Counted from the stretch's first letter, positions 1 to 13,384 are shown. The stretch is 64,000 nucleotides of DNA from Chiloscyllium plagiosum (GCF_004010195.1 NC_057756.1:9943330-10007329); one strand, 5' to 3'. The notes: a model not told the origin generated them from the sequence alone. Numbers and translations are program-made.

Positions 1-215
1 GTGCTGGAAGAGCACAGCAATTCAGGCAGCATCCGAGGACAGGCAAAATCGACGTTTCGGGCAAGCCTTTATTCCTGATGAAGGGCTTTTGCCCGAAACG
101 TCGATTTTGCCTGTCCTCGGATTTTGCCTGTCCTCGGATGCTGCCTGAATTGCTGTGCTCTTCCAGCACCACTAATCCAGAATCTGGTTTCCAGCATCTG
201 CAGTCATTGTTTTTA
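1..215. mobile_element. Short palindromic Penelope-like terminal-repeat element with hammerhead core
   Basis: Inverted arms; CTGATGA-A-GGGC-TTTT-GCCC-GAAA-CGTC at 75-102. Confidence 0.75.
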
Positions 216-217
216 CC

Positions 218-392
218 AAATTGCCCATAGTGTCCAGGGGTGTGCAGGTTAGGTGAATTGGCCATGCTAAATTGCCTGTCGTGTTAGGTGAAGGGGTAAA
301 TGTAAGGGAATAGGTCTGGGTGGGTTGCTCTTCAGAGTGTCGGTGTGGACTTGTTGGGCTGAAGGGCCTGTTTCCACACTGTAAGTACTCTA
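218..392 (+). mobile_element. HE1-type SINE, 3' part
   Basis: gtgcaggttaggtgaattggccatgctaaattg core and CR1-like tail. Confidence 0.8.
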
Positions 393-935
393 ATAAAACG
401 ATCAAGAACCACAACATACAATCTTTCCCACACAAACCCATACTGTTTTTTGCTAATACGTCCATGTTTTTTCCAAATGTGAGTAAAACTTGTCCCTAAG
501 ATCTTCTCCAATAATTTCCCTGCCTCTGGCATGCTTAGAGATCCCAAATTCTCTAACTTTTCAAACAAAATTATCCAAGAAATGCAGTTGACACTGTCCT
601 TTTCCCAGGCACAGAGGAAATTATACAAAGATCCAGGAACAAAGATGAAACAAACATTAACAGACGTCTACAATCATTAAACAAAATAATATGTAATGTT
701 TTTCATTGATATTACCATTCTTTTGGTCACAAAACAACAAAATAATCAAAATAAATAAAATAACTTCTCCTCTGGCCAGTCAAGTAACAGGACAGGAATA
801 GTGATAAAGGGGTTAAGAAGCACACCATGTTTGCCAGATCTCTTTAACAATAAGAATGTGTGTTCAGTAAGCAGAATAGCTAACTAAAATGCTGCATTTG
901 GTAAACCTTATTGTGTGGATGCATAAGTTGGAATG

Positions 936-1369
936 TGTGAGAGACGATTTCGGTACAAATAGTTAAGATGAGCATGACCTCAGAGTCTAAGGAGAATAGA
1001 GCCGTGGGGGTAGGGTAAAACATGCTTCTCTATAATAAAGGACGAGACATCTGCTGTTACAGAGTAGAAAAACAAGTCCTTGATTGATAAGACCACTAAC
1101 TCTGACAGAGAAGAATAAGTCCTTGACTGATAAGACTACAGGGTAGAAAAACAACTCGGGAAACCGTTGCAGACTTTGTGAGAATGTGAACCTCGTGACT
1201 CTTTAGAGCTATAGAAGGGAGGAGCTTGAACTGTATTTAATCGAAAACTTTGTTAGCCTGGCGCGCCTTTTTTTTTCAAGGGTGCCCAACTCTGCAGACT
1301 TGTTAATAAAACTTTGTTTTCCTGAATTTGTCTAGAGCGATTATTGAGAAGCGATTTTCGTTTCTAACA
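936..1369 (+). mobile_element. Solo LTR (434 bp)
   Basis: TG...CA ends with imperfect 12-bp inverted termini (TGTGAGAGACGA / TCGTTTCTAACA), 5-bp TSD GAATG (931-935, 1370-1374), AATAAA near 1305 and an internal tandem repeat. Confidence 0.8.
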
Positions 1370-1439
1370 GAATGCAACAAAGAAATTTCAAGTGCCCTTT
1401 ACCCAAAGACAATTGGCTCATTGCCTGTTGATGGTTCAC

Positions 1440-1745
1440 TGGTAGCAGCCTGTACTATCTACAAGATGCACTGCAGAAATTCACCAAATATCCTCAGACA
1501 GCGTCTTCCAAACCCACAACCATTTCCACCTAGAAGGACAAGGGCAGGAGATACATGGGAATACCACCATCTGCAAGTTCCCTTCCAAGCCACTGTCCAT
1601 CCTGATTTGGAAATAAATGTTGCTGGATAAAAATCCTGGAATTCCCTCCCTAAGGGCATTGTGTGTCAACCGACAGAGCTCACCCCTACCTTCTGAAGAC
1701 AACTCGGGATGAGCAATAAATGCTGGCCCACAAATGAATTTTTTT
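1440..1745 (+). mobile_element. LINE (CR1/L2-like) 3' fragment; related copies near 53310-53670 and 57830-58015
   Basis: Shared caagttcccttccaag...cctggaattccctccc...aataaatgctggcc motif seen three times in the window. Confidence 0.55.
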
Positions 1746-2639
1746 TAAAGTCATTCCATGAGTAGACTATATTTACTTTGGGCTCACTCTCCCCTGTTAC
1801 AGATTGAAAGAAGCATTTACTGTCCATCTTTATATTACCTGCTAGTTTACACTGAAAGCTTATTTTTTGAAACAAACCATAACTGCAGGAAGCATTAGTC
1901 AATAAACCCAGTGATAAACAGAGACCTAAATCCACTTCCACTAGTTCCAATTCTAAAATAAATAGATATAAATTACAGCGGGGTGACCTTACTGATAGCC
2001 TCCAGCTCTCAAGGTACAGGTTCTGCTCCCTTGGCTGTTTGAAGCTGTTATTCATAAACTGATTTTTGAGAATTGCTCCCGACTGATTAAATAAAACAAA
2101 AACATCGTTGCCATGTGTCTTATCACAGTTTCCTCTTCCAAATATGATAAGTGATTGGTTAGTCACCGCCACCATCACTGGTCATTGCTTGAATACATTT
2201 ATTTTGAGGTGATCATCTTTGTTTCAGAACGATCCATTCCTATGAGGTAATACCGTTAGGAAGGCAACAAGGAATGGAAACAGTAAGGCCCACTCTCTAC
2301 AAACGTTTTCTCTTGTACTCTTCAGCGAGTATGGTAGCTTCAAATCCGCATGTGAATTCAGGTAACCCTTGAACAACCACCTTTGCAACCGTCGGCTGTC
2401 TTATTTTGAAAAAGGAAAAGTTGATCCAATAAATTCTACTCTGACCACATTTCACAAGTTACACACACGGTGTCCCTTTACTGGGCAAGACACATGGCGC
2501 AACTATTTTTGTTTGAACCTGTTACGGAGTTGGTAACAGGGTGACTCCCAGTCCACGATGAGCACAATTGCTCTTTTTCACTGAGTGGCCACACCGACAC
2601 TCAACTCAACACTAGAAAAAAATATTTTTTCTGATGAAG

Positions 2640-3080
2640 CGTTAAATCTGTTTTTCTCCCTCCGCGGATTGTCTCTTACATCCCGGGTACTGTCCCCCTC
2701 CAAACGTCGAATGCTTTCATCTGAATGTCCGTCGGTAGATTCTGAGAGCAGACCGTTATGGTAATGAGGTGGACGTTATGCTAATTAGGTGACCGTTATG
2801 CTAAACCGATCACCGCGCGGCCGATGGGTGGAGCTTCATCACCGCCCGGACCAATAAGGAGAGGGCCGTGGGTGATTGACAAGGCGGTGCGGTGAAAGGG
2901 CGGGAAGCTGACAGGCGGCGGGAAGGAGGTGGTCGGTTTGGTGAAGAGCGGCGATGTGTTCGGGTACCATTTCCGTCAACCGAAGGTCGCTCTGTGCAGA
3001 GGACAAAACGTCTGCGACACAAATCCCCAGCTTGGCGAACAGACCACAACAATGAGCACCCGAGCTACAAATCTTCTCGC
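2640..3080. promoter_or_regulatory. CpG-rich promoter-like island
   Basis: Locally high CpG in otherwise CpG-poor DNA. CCAAT at ~2852, GC box at ~2898, and a triple 20-bp repeat at 2751-2810. Confidence 0.6.
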
Positions 3081-3089
3081 AAACTTTGA

Positions 3090-3945
3090 AGATTGTATCT
3101 CACACATTTGATTTGAGATTTTTGAAGAAGTGAGAGATGATTTATAAGGACAGAGTGGTGGATGTTTCTACATGTCCCTCATGACAGGCAGGTGAAGTGA
3201 CATGGGATCCACGATGAGCTGGTAAGATGGACGTAGAATTGGCTTGGTCATTGAAGACAGAGAGAAGCGTTGGTGTGTCCCTCTGACTGGAGATCTGTGA
3301 GCAGTGGTGTTCTGCGGGGATCAGTGCTGGCACCCCAGTTGTTTGTACAGAGGAACCTCGATTATCCAAATACCAATTATCCGAAAATCGGATTATCCGA
3401 AGGAGATCTCCAGGTCCCAACAGAAACATTACATCAAAAACATGTTTCCAACAGTAACCACGTCTTTTGTTTACAATGATTAAACAGGCTGAACATTTGA
3501 GCAGTGAAATAGCAGATAGAATTGAACCCAGATAAATGCAAGGTGAAACATTTTACATATTGTTTTCACTTAAATGTCAAAGGATAAGAGACAACCTGAT
3601 AGAGGATTACAATATGATGAGAGGCATGGATAGAATGGAGAGTCAGAGTCTTTTTCCCAGTGTAGAGATGTCAGTTAAGAAGGGGACATGGGTTAGAGGT
3701 AAAAGGAGGAAAGTTTAAGGGAGATTTGCAAGGCAAGTTCTTCATGTCGAGAATGGTAAGTGCCTGGAATGCACTGCTAGAGGAGATGGTAAAATAGATG
3801 TCACAACATTTAGCAGACATTTTGACAGATCCATGAATAGGCAGGGAATAGAGAAATATTGACCACATAGAGGCAAAAATGTTCTTGTTTAGAAAGGTGT
3901 TGTGTACCAGTGCAATCTTGGTGGCCAAACAGCCTGTACCTGTCA
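3090..3945 (+). mobile_element. Degenerate CR1 LINE fragments with a Tigger/pogo-like MITE piece (~3345-3480)
   Basis: SGVLRGSVLAPQLF and CR1 3' end; cagaggaacctcgattatcc Tigger-like terminus. Confidence 0.6.
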
Positions 3946-5686
3946 TAGAGTTGCATAACACGGAAACAGACACTTTAGTCCAACTTGTCCATGCTGATCA
4001 GATATTGTAAATTAATCTAGTCACATTTGCCAGTATTTGGCTTGTATTCTTCTAACCCTTTCTTACTCATATACCCATCCAGATGTCTTTTAAATGTTGT
4101 AATTGTATCAGTCTTCCTCTGTTCGCTCATTCAATACACACACCACCCTTTGCATGAAAAAGTTGCCCCTTAGGTCCCTTTTAAATCTTTCCCCTCTCTC
4201 CTAAACCTATACCATCTACTTCTTGACTCCCCCACCCCAGGAGAAAGATGTTGATTTACCCTATCCATGCCCCCCCATGATTTTATAAGTCTCTGTATGG
4301 TCACCCCTCAGCCTCCAATGCTCCAGGGAAAATCGCCCCAGCCTATTCAGCCTTTCCCTATAACTTAAACCCTCCAACCCCAGCAACATCCTTGTAAATC
4401 TTCTCTGAACCCTTTCAGGTTTCACAACATCCTTCCTATAAGATGGAGACTAGTATTGCACACAGTATTCCAAAAGTGGCTGAACCAATATCCTGTGCAA
4501 CCACAACATGACCTCTCAACTCCTCAGTGCTCTGACCAATAAAGGAAAGCATACCAAGTGCCTTCTTCACTGTCCTATTTCACTATCTCTACTTTCAAGG
4601 AACTATGAACCTGCCCTCTAAGGTGTCTTTGTTTAGCAACACTCCCCAGGACCTTAACATTAAGTGTATAAGCCCTGCCCTGATATGCCTTACCAAAATC
4701 CAGCACCTCACAATTATCTAAATTAAACTCCATCTGCCACTCCTCAGCCTATCTGATCAAGATCCCATTGTACTCTGAGATAACCTTCTTCAATGTCCGC
4801 TACACGTACAAATTGGTATCATCTCAGACTTACTAACCATACTCCCTATGTTCACATCCAAATCATTTATATAAATGATGAAAAGCAGTGGACCCAGCAC
4901 TGATCCTTCTGGCGCACCACTGGTCACAGGCCTCCAGTCTGAAAAGCAACCCTCCACCACCACCCTCTAACTTCTACCTGCAATCCAATTCTGTATCCAA
5001 ATGGCTAGTTCTCCGTATTCCATGAGATCTAACCTTGCTAACCAGTCTCCCATGAGAAACTTTGTCGAACGTCATATAGATCACGTCTACTGCTCTGCCC
5101 TCAGCAATCTCTTTGTTACTTCTTCAAATAACTCAATCAAGTTCATGAGACATCCAGGTTTCCCACGCACAAAGCCATGCTGGCTATCCCTAATCTGTCC
5201 TTGCCTTTCCAAATACATGTAAAACCTGTCCCTCAGGATTCCCTCCAACAACTTGCCTACCACTGATGTCCGGCTGACCAGTCTTTAGTTCCTTGGCTTT
5301 TCCTTAGCACCTTTCTGAAATAGTGGCACTACGTTAGCCAACCTCCAGTCTTCCGGCACCTCACCTGTGACTACTGATGATACAAATATCTCAGCAAGGG
5401 ACCAGCAATAAATTCCCTAACTTCCCACAAGAGTTCTAGGGTGCACTCGATCAGGCCCTGGGGATATATCCATTTGCATGCATTTCAAGACATCCAGCAC
5501 TTCCTCCTCTGTAATATGGACATTTTTCAAGATGTCACCATCTATTTCCTCACATTCTATATCTTCCATGTCCTTCTCCATAGTAAACACTGATGCAGAA
5601 TACTTATTTAGTATCTCCCATCTCCTGTGGTTCCACACATAGGCTGTCTTACCGATCTTTGAGAAGTCCTATTCTCTCCCTAGTTA

Positions 5687-6098
5687 CCGTACATACATGA
5701 GTAATAGTCAAATGTTTTTTGACTACTTTTAAAGGTTCAACTTATGGGGTCGACTATTACATGGATACTACTTTTGAGGGGCTGACATTCATGCCCATCA
5801 AATTTCATACTGTATCATTAGCAGAAGCCCAAATGATCTCGAAACAAATAAAAAAAACAAATTATGGTAATTTTGAAAACTCAGTGCGGAACACAACAGC
5901 CAATGGACTGGAAGACCAGGAGCAGAGCGGAACAATCGACAGACTGGAAAGCTGGAGCATTGACTCATAAATGTTGATCTTTTATCTGTGAAGAACTAGG
6001 GTTGACTTTTACATGAGATATATGGAAAACTCTAGGATATGTGGCCAAAAATAGGGGGTTGACTTTTATGAGATCAACTATTCATCAAGTATACGCGG
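5687..6098. mobile_element. Tc1/mariner-superfamily (Tc2/pogo-like) MITE
   Basis: Imperfect TIRs beginning CCG, flanked by TA TSDs (5685-5686, 6099-6100); it splits a CR1 at a TA. Confidence 0.7.
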
Positions 6099-6329
6099 TA
6101 CTCTTTTGTCCTTAATGTATTTATAAAATTCCTTTGGATTCTCCTTAACTGTATTTGCCAAAGCTATCTCATGTCCCCTTTTTGCCCTCCTGATTTCCCT
6201 CTTAAGTATACTCCTTCTGCCTTTATACTTTTTTTTACAGAATTGAGGATGATCAGCCATGATCATAATGAATGGTGGTGCTGGCTCAAAGGGCAGAATG
6301 GCCTACTCCTGCACCTATTGTCTATTATC

Positions 6330-6650
6330 CCTATGGAACCAGGCCCTTTGGCCCAACAAGTTCACACCAACTCTCCAAAGACTCATTCCCCTAACCTAAT
6401 ATCCTATATTTTTACCCCTGACTAAAGCACCTAACCTACACATCCCTGAACACCACGGGCAATTTAGCATGGCTAATTCACCTAACCTGCACACCTTTGG
6501 ATTGTGGGAGGAAACTGGAGCACCCAGAGGAAACCCATATAGACTAGGGGACAACGTGCAATCTCCACACAGACAATCGCCTGAGGCTGGAATTGAACCA
6601 GGTTGCTGGTGCTGAGAGGCAGCAGTGCTAATTAGTGAGCCACTGTGTCT
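6330..6650 (-). mobile_element. HE1-type SINE
   Basis: tRNA-like head and central core on the minus strand. Confidence 0.8.
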
Positions 6651-7639
6651 CCCTCTGGATTCACTCTTCTAAGGATTCATTTGATCTCTGCCGTCAACAT
6701 CTGATATATGCTTCCTTCCTTTTCATAACTCAATTTCTCTTGTCATCAAGCATTCCCTACACCTACCATCCTTGCCCTTCACCTTAACAGGAATATACGT
6801 TCCCTTGACTCGTTATCTAATTTTTGAAGGCTTCACATTTTCTAGCCACCCCTTTACATGTGAACATCTGCCCACAATCAACTTTTGAACATTCTTGCCT
6901 AATATTCTCATAATTGGCTTTCTTCCAATTTATAATTTTAACTTTTAGATCTTCCTGTATTGTTCATTGTTCTTGAGAAGAGAAGGTGAAGTAAATATTT
7001 ACTGAAGCTGTCCTGAATAATGGATTTAATAGAGGTAGCTGGCAGATAGTGCTTCCTCCAGACCAATGGATAGGTCACTCGGGGTTTCAGAACAAAGAAG
7101 TAAAAGAATGAGAAAAAATGCTTCACACAGTGCATTAAGATTTGGAATATGCAAGGATGTTTGAATCAACTTCCATCTGATCTTTGTAATTTGCAGGTTT
7201 GTCAAGGAGAGAGCAAAGAGACAATGCAGGTACAGCAGATAGAATGGCTTCCTCGTGCTGTAAGTTCTCAAGAGGAGGATTTTTATGTTATTATTATTAT
7301 TGACAATTCAAAGCAGCGGAAGCAGATTTGGTAATAACTTTCTAAAGATAATTAAATACTTAAACTGCTAACATCCGTGGCATTGGTTTGTGAATAGGTG
7401 GAAAAGTGGGACTAATTTAATAGCTCTTTGAAAGAGCTGGCAATACATGATGGGCTGAATAACGTCTTACATTGTGTTGTCATGTGATTCTTTAATAATA
7501 ATCTTTGACATTAAAATATTCACAATGCAAACAAATAAATGGAAAATGACTAATCCCTGTTAATTCCACAACAAGAAGTGAACATTGAAAAGGAGAGATG
7601 TACGTGCTGTGATTTTATTCGAAAGAGTGTAGAATAAAT

Positions 7640-10590
7640 TCATAGAGATGAACAGCACGGAAACAGACTCTTCAGTCCAATTCATCCATGCCAAGCAGAT
7701 ATCCCATCCCAATCTAGTCCCACCTGCCAGCACCTGGCCCATATCCCTCCAAACCCTTCCTAGTCATATACCCATCCAGATCCTTTTTAAATGTTGTAAT
7801 TGTACCAGCCTCCACCACTTCATCTGGCAGCTCGTTCCACACATGTACCACTCTCTGTGTGAAAACGTTGCCCTTTAGGTCTCTTTTAATATTTTTCCCC
7901 TCTCACCCTAACCTATGCCCTTTAGTTCTGGACTCCCCCACCCCAGGTAAAAGACCTTCTCTATTTATCCTATCCATGCCCCTCATAATTTTATAAGCCT
8001 CTACAATGTCACCCCTCAGCCTCCGACACTCCAGGGAAAACAACCCTAGCCTATGCAACCTCTCCCTATAGCTCAAATCCTCCAACCCTGTCAACATTCT
8101 CGTAAATCTTTTCTGAACCCTTTCAAGTTTCACGACGTCTTTCCGATAGGAAGGAGACCAGAATTGCGCGCAATATTCCAACAGTGGCCTAACCAATGAC
8201 CTGTACAGCCGCAACATGACCTACCAACCCCTGTAGTCAATATTCTGACTAATAAAAGAAAGCATACCAAACGCCTTCTTCACTATCCTATCTACCTGCG
8301 ATTCCACTTTCAAGGAGCTATGAACCTGCACTCCAAGGTCTTTTTGTTCAGCAACACTCCCTATGACTTTACCATTAAGTGTATAAGTCCTGCTAAGATT
8401 TGCTTTCCCAAAATGCAGCACCTCACATTTATCTAAATTAAACTCCATCTGCCACTTCTCAGCCCATTGGCCTATCTGATCAAGATCCCGTTGTAATCTG
8501 AGGTAACCTTCTTCACTGTCCACTACACCTCTTATTTTGGTGTCATCTGCAAACTTACTAACCATACCTCTTATGCTCACATCCAAATCATTTATATAAA
8601 TGATGAAAAGTAGTGGGCCCAGCATGGATCCTTTCAGGCCTCCAGTCTGAAAAACAACCCTCCACCACCAACCTTTGTCTTCTACCTTTGAGCCATTTCT
8701 GTATCCAAATAGCAAGTTCTCCCTGTATTCCGTGAGATCTAACCTTGCTCACGGGTCTCCCATGGGGAATCTTGTCGAATGCCTTACTGAAGTCCATACA
8801 GATCACATCTGCTCTGCCCTCATCAATCCTGTTTGTTACTTCTTCAAAAAACTCAATCAAGTTGTGAGACATGATTTCCCCACTAAAGCCATGTTGAATA
8901 TCCCTAATCAGTCCTTGCCTTGCCAAATACATGTATATCCTGTCCCCCAGGATTCCCTCCAACAACTTGCCCACCACTGACGTCAGGCTCACTGGTCTAT
9001 AGTACCCTGGCTTGTCCTTACCAGCTTTCTTAAACAGTGGCACCACATTAGCCAACCTCCAGTCTTCCGGCACCTTACCTGTGACTATCGATGATACAAA
9101 CATCTCAGTAATAGGCCCAGCAATCACTTCCCCTGCTTTCCACAGAGTTCTAGGGTACACCTGATCAGGTCCTAGGGATTTATCCACTTTTATGCATTTC
9201 AAGATACCAGCACTTCCTCCTCTGCAATATGGAAATTTTTCAAGATGTCACCATCTATTTCTCTATATTCGATCTCTTCCATGTGCTTTTCCACAGTAAA
9301 TACTGATGCAAAATATTTGTTTAGTATCTGCGTCATCTCCTGCAGCTCCATACAAGGACCGTATTGCTGATCTTTGAGGGGCAAGATTAGAGTGGTGCTG
9401 GAAAAGCACAGCAGGTCAGGCAGCATCCGAGAAGCAGGAAATTCGAAGTTTCAGGCAGAAGCTCTTCATCAGGAATGAAGGGATCCTGCCCAAAACTTTG
9501 ATTTTCCTGCTCCTCCGATGCTGCCTGACCTGCTGTGCTTTTCGAGCACCACTCTAATCTTGACTCTGATCTCCAGCATCTGCAGTCTTTACTTTCGCCT
9601 AGCTGATCCTTGAGGGGGTCTATTCTCTCCTTATTTACCCTTTTGTCCTTAATGTGTTTGGATTCTCCATAACTCTATTTTCCAAAGCTATCTTATGTCC
9701 CCTTTTTGCCCTCCTGATTTCTCTCTTAAGTATACTCCTACTGCCTTTATACTCTTCTAAGGATTCACTCAATCTATCCTGTCTATACCTGACATATGCT
9801 TCCTTCTTTTTTTTAACCAAACGCTCAATTTCTTTAGTCATCCAGCATACCCTATACCTACCAGGCTTTCCTTTCATCCTAACAGGAATATACTGTGTCT
9901 GGACTCTCGTTATCTCATTTCTGAAGGCTTCCTATTTTCCAGCCGTCCCTTTACCTGCAAACATCTGTCCCCAATCAGGTTTTGAAAATTCTTGCTTAAT
10001 ACCATCAAAATTAGCCTTCCTCCAATTTAGAACTTCAAATTTTAGATCTGGTCTATCCTTTTCAATCACTATTTTAAAACAAATAGAATTATGGTCACTG
10101 GCCCCAAAGTGCTCCCCCACTGACACCCCAGTCACCTACCCTGCCTTATTTCCAAGAGTAAGTCAAGTTTTGCACCTTCTCTAGTAGGTACATCCACATA
10201 CTGAATCACTTAACAAATTCCTCTCCATCTAAACCCTTAACACTATGACAGTCCCAGTCGATGTTTGGAAAGTTAAAATCCCATACCATAATCACCCTAT
10301 TCTTTTTACAGATAGCTGCGATCTCCTTACAAATTTGTTTCTCAATTTCCCTCTGACTACTAGGGGATCTACAATACAATCCCAATAAGGTAATCATCCC
10401 TTTCTTACTTCTCAGTTCCACCCAAATAACTTCCCTGGATGTATTTCCAGGAATATCCTCCCTCAGTACAGCTGTAATGCTATCCCTTATCAAAAACGCC
10501 ACTCCCCCTGCTCTCTTGCCTCCCTTTCTGTACTTCAAGCATTTGTATCCTGGAACCTTAAGCTGCCAGTCCTGTCCATCCCTGAGCCAT
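7640..10590 (-). mobile_element. CR1/HER1-type LINE, near-complete frameshifted ORF2 (APE + RT)
   Basis: GGGVA/DFNFPNIDW endonuclease motifs, YRPVSLTS, DFSKAFDK, FADDTK and a CR1 3' UTR. Confidence 0.92.
9383..9600. mobile_element. Short palindromic Penelope-like element inserted in CR1
   Basis: Inverted arms; ~16-bp duplicated flank gctgatc(t/c)ttgagggg. Confidence 0.75.
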
Positions 10591-11075
10591 TATGTCGAGT
10601 AAGCCAATCGATATAGATCATGAAGGCATTTTTGATGAGAAAACTGTGGTTGTGCAAATTCTTTGGAGAAGATAACAGGGGAAAGTTTAAAGGAGAATCA
10701 AGAGGCAGTTGTTTTACACAGAGGGTGGTAGTGCCTAAAATGTGCTACAAGAAGAGATGGGGGAAACAGATACAATGACAATATTTAAGAGGCTTCTTGC
10801 TGGATACATTAATGGTGTGGAGAAAAGGGATACAGATTGCGTAGAGGGAAAAGGATTTTAGTTTAGAAAGGCATTGTATATCAGTGCAGGCTTGGTGGGC
10901 CGAAGGGCCTGTTTCTGTGATGTTCAGTTCTTTGTTCTTCAGTTTTCTTTGTTCTTTCATCACAGCATAGAAATTTTTTTCATCACAGAGTGAAAAGGAT
11001 TGGTTGAGGTAAATAGCAGGTATGTATTAAAGGGAATGCATCTGAATAATCACAGGAGTGTGAAAGGAATAAAAG

Positions 11076-11081
11076 TTTATT
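11076..11081 (-). terminator. Putative poly(A) signal of the IFI44-like gene
   Basis: AATAAA on the minus strand about 105 nt past the stop codon. Confidence 0.45.
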
Positions 11082-11186
11082 CTGATAGGTTGGGATGAAG
11101 AAAGGTGGAATGAAGCACGTGTTTAAACACTGTTGTAGTTTAGATGTTTCTGTGCTGCAATATTATGTTTCAGATTGGATTGTCTA

Positions 11187-11351
11187 TTATTCTGTCATTT
11201 TAAAGTATCTGTTGATGTTTCTGACCAAATTTTCCAATATATACAAAGTGAGTATACATCTCGTCTGTCCTATCTTGTCGCCTCTGCATGTATTTATAAT
11301 GGCAAACATGGTCCTCCTGTCCAACCCAGTGTATTCCGACAGCTTTTGAAA
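11187..11351 (-). CDS. IFI44-like: IFI44-like terminal coding exon 7 (FQKLSEYTGLDRRTMFAIINTCRGDKIGQTRCILTLYILENLVRNINRYFKMTE*)
   Basis: Strong acceptor ctctctgtcctttttctcttag, phase 0, ending TAA TAG. The pattern resembles the IFI44 C-terminal helices. Confidence 0.75.
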   Translation of the reverse strand, partial: FQKLSEYTGLDRRTMFAIINTCRGDKIGQTRCILTLYILENLVRNINRYFKMTE

Positions 11352-11769
11352 CTAAGAGAAAAAGGACAGAGAGGTTTCAAACAGTAAGTATATAAATCTG
11401 TCAAAATGATGACACAATGTAAATCATAAATCTGGTATAAAGTTCACTGAAAAAAATGATCATTATTGTTTATCTTTTATTTGTGCTCAAATTGGCTCAT
11501 ATTTATTGTATGAAAACAGTGGCTATACTTTATTGGCTGCATTTGTGAAAGGGATTACGTAGAGGCTTGTCTGTCAACATATTGGACAGCCATATTTTAC
11601 ACAGCAAGATCCCATAAACAATGTATGAGTGAATCATTTGGTAATGTGATCTTTCAGAGCTGATAGAGGTGTAAACATTGGCCAGGACATAGGGGCTATA
11701 CACTCTCCCATCCCCAAACCTCTCATCCCAGCACACTTTATAGAAGGACTTTACTTTGTTGTTTTTATG

Positions 11770-13064
11770 TCTTTAAAAACTTGGAGAACAAAAATAAAGA
11801 ACTAGTCGTGATTGGAACTCCGTTGACTTTGTTGACTATGAGGTTGTTGATTGGGGCTGTTGAATATTAACAGGGGACGCAACTCCTCTTCATTAACTGT
11901 AATGGTTTGGAAGTCATTTGGAGGATGATGCCTATCTTTTACCAGAACCTGATCACTGTCTGGAACATGGTTGAATCGCATCACGCTTATCCTCTCGCAG
12001 GAGTAGCAGCGGTCGTCAGAGAGCCGTTGCTCAGGAATCTGCACCTCCGTACTCGCGAGTTCAAGTGGCTTTCAGAAGGTATGGCCGTAGCTGCAAGGCC
12101 GTAGCTAGGGTCGAAGACGTGCTGGATGGCGGGAGTCTGGGCTGGATGCTGCCACAGGATGTAGCAAGCAGGGCAGCGGTAGATGTCCGGTTCGTGGCCA
12201 CTGCCATTCGACGCCTTAAAACGGCGGTGCTCGGACTCAACATAGTGCACCAGTTGGACGATGCTCAGATGTGCGGTGGAATCCTATCTGGGTTTACTCC
12301 TGTCCGAACGGAATTAGCCCCAAGGAACCATACTTTCCCCGGGAACCTGTGCCCCACACCTCTTCTCCCTCATCCACCTCCCAGACACGCCTTGGCATGC
12401 CTATTTGCCACCGGGCAGCAGGGATCCCCAATGGAGTGTTGTCTACGTGGGAGTCCGCCCCCTTTCAGGGATCTGGGGTTGAGGATGCTGCATGTGGCAG
12501 TCCCCTACAACTGCAGATTGTGGTGGTTCACGGACTCCCAGCCCAACTGTTTGTTCTGTGGTGCTCTGGCATCCATGGACCATGTATATATTAGGTGTGG
12601 GCACTTGCACTCCCTTTTTGACTTCCTTAAAAACCTCCTCCTCTGTTTTTGGATACACTTCAGTCCCACGCTCCTGATCTTTGAACATCCAATACGGAGG
12701 GGGGAGGGTAGGTCAGAGGACCTCCTCATGGGTCTTCTCCTGGGCCTGGCCAAACTGACTATAAACAGGTCCAGGCAGCGGGCCGTGGAGGGGGTCGTTA
12801 GGGCTGATTGTCTGTCCACCTTCCACGATTTTGTCAGAGCCTGGGTGTCCCTGGAGAAGGAGCACGCTGTGTGCACCAACATTCTCGAGATTTTCAGGGA
12901 AAGGTGGGTGCCGCAGGGAGTGGAGTGTATCATTTCCGTCTCGAACTCTATTTTGATTTAATCCCTGCCCTTCCCTTCACTGTTTGCAGGACTGCCCTCC
13001 GAGAAGGGCACTGCTTGTCACTGGCCAGCTGGTGTTACCTTTCTTCCTGGTGGTGGAAATTGAA
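11770..13064 (+). mobile_element. Tx1/L1-clade LINE, ORF2 3' part
   Basis: ORF 12065..12961 contains a CLFCG...DHVYIRC zinc finger and LLLGLAKLTINRSRQ, typical of the Tx1-type ORF2 C-terminus. Confidence 0.75.
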
Positions 13065-13384
13065 TAGTCTGTGTACGTGTGCAAAGAGACTAATGTTTTA
13101 GGTAATGATAATACATGCCAATGGTTTATCTCTGGTTACTTATAGCTATATTCGAATTACTTGGAATAAATAATATTTCTTGGTTAGAGTAAAACCTAGT
13201 CTATGCTTTTTACCAGTCCTCACTTTCTCCTTGAAAGTCAAGTTAATTAGGGTATTGTGTGTATTTTTATACACTCCTATAAGATTGCAGTTTGATTTAC
13301 AGCAAACTTCCCCTGTGGGTTTGCCTGGGTTTGGATTGGAATGAACTGTGTTGGATACAGAAGCAATGAGGATATGACTGTGGC

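Larger units (their letters stand above)
3945..6950 (-). mobile_element. CR1/HER1-type LINE ORF2 remnant, interrupted by a MITE and a SINE
   Basis: Translations YSASVFT..SPGPDRVHPRTL and KREIRRAKRGHE, plus a CR1 3' UTR. Confidence 0.85.

Noticed and set aside
1666..2178. 170-aa minus-strand ORF
   Set aside because: No recognisable domain, and it runs into repeat sequence; at most a small internal exon is plausible.
12065..12961. 298-aa ORF as a host gene
   Set aside because: Matches a Tx1-type LINE ORF2 C-terminus with internal decay.
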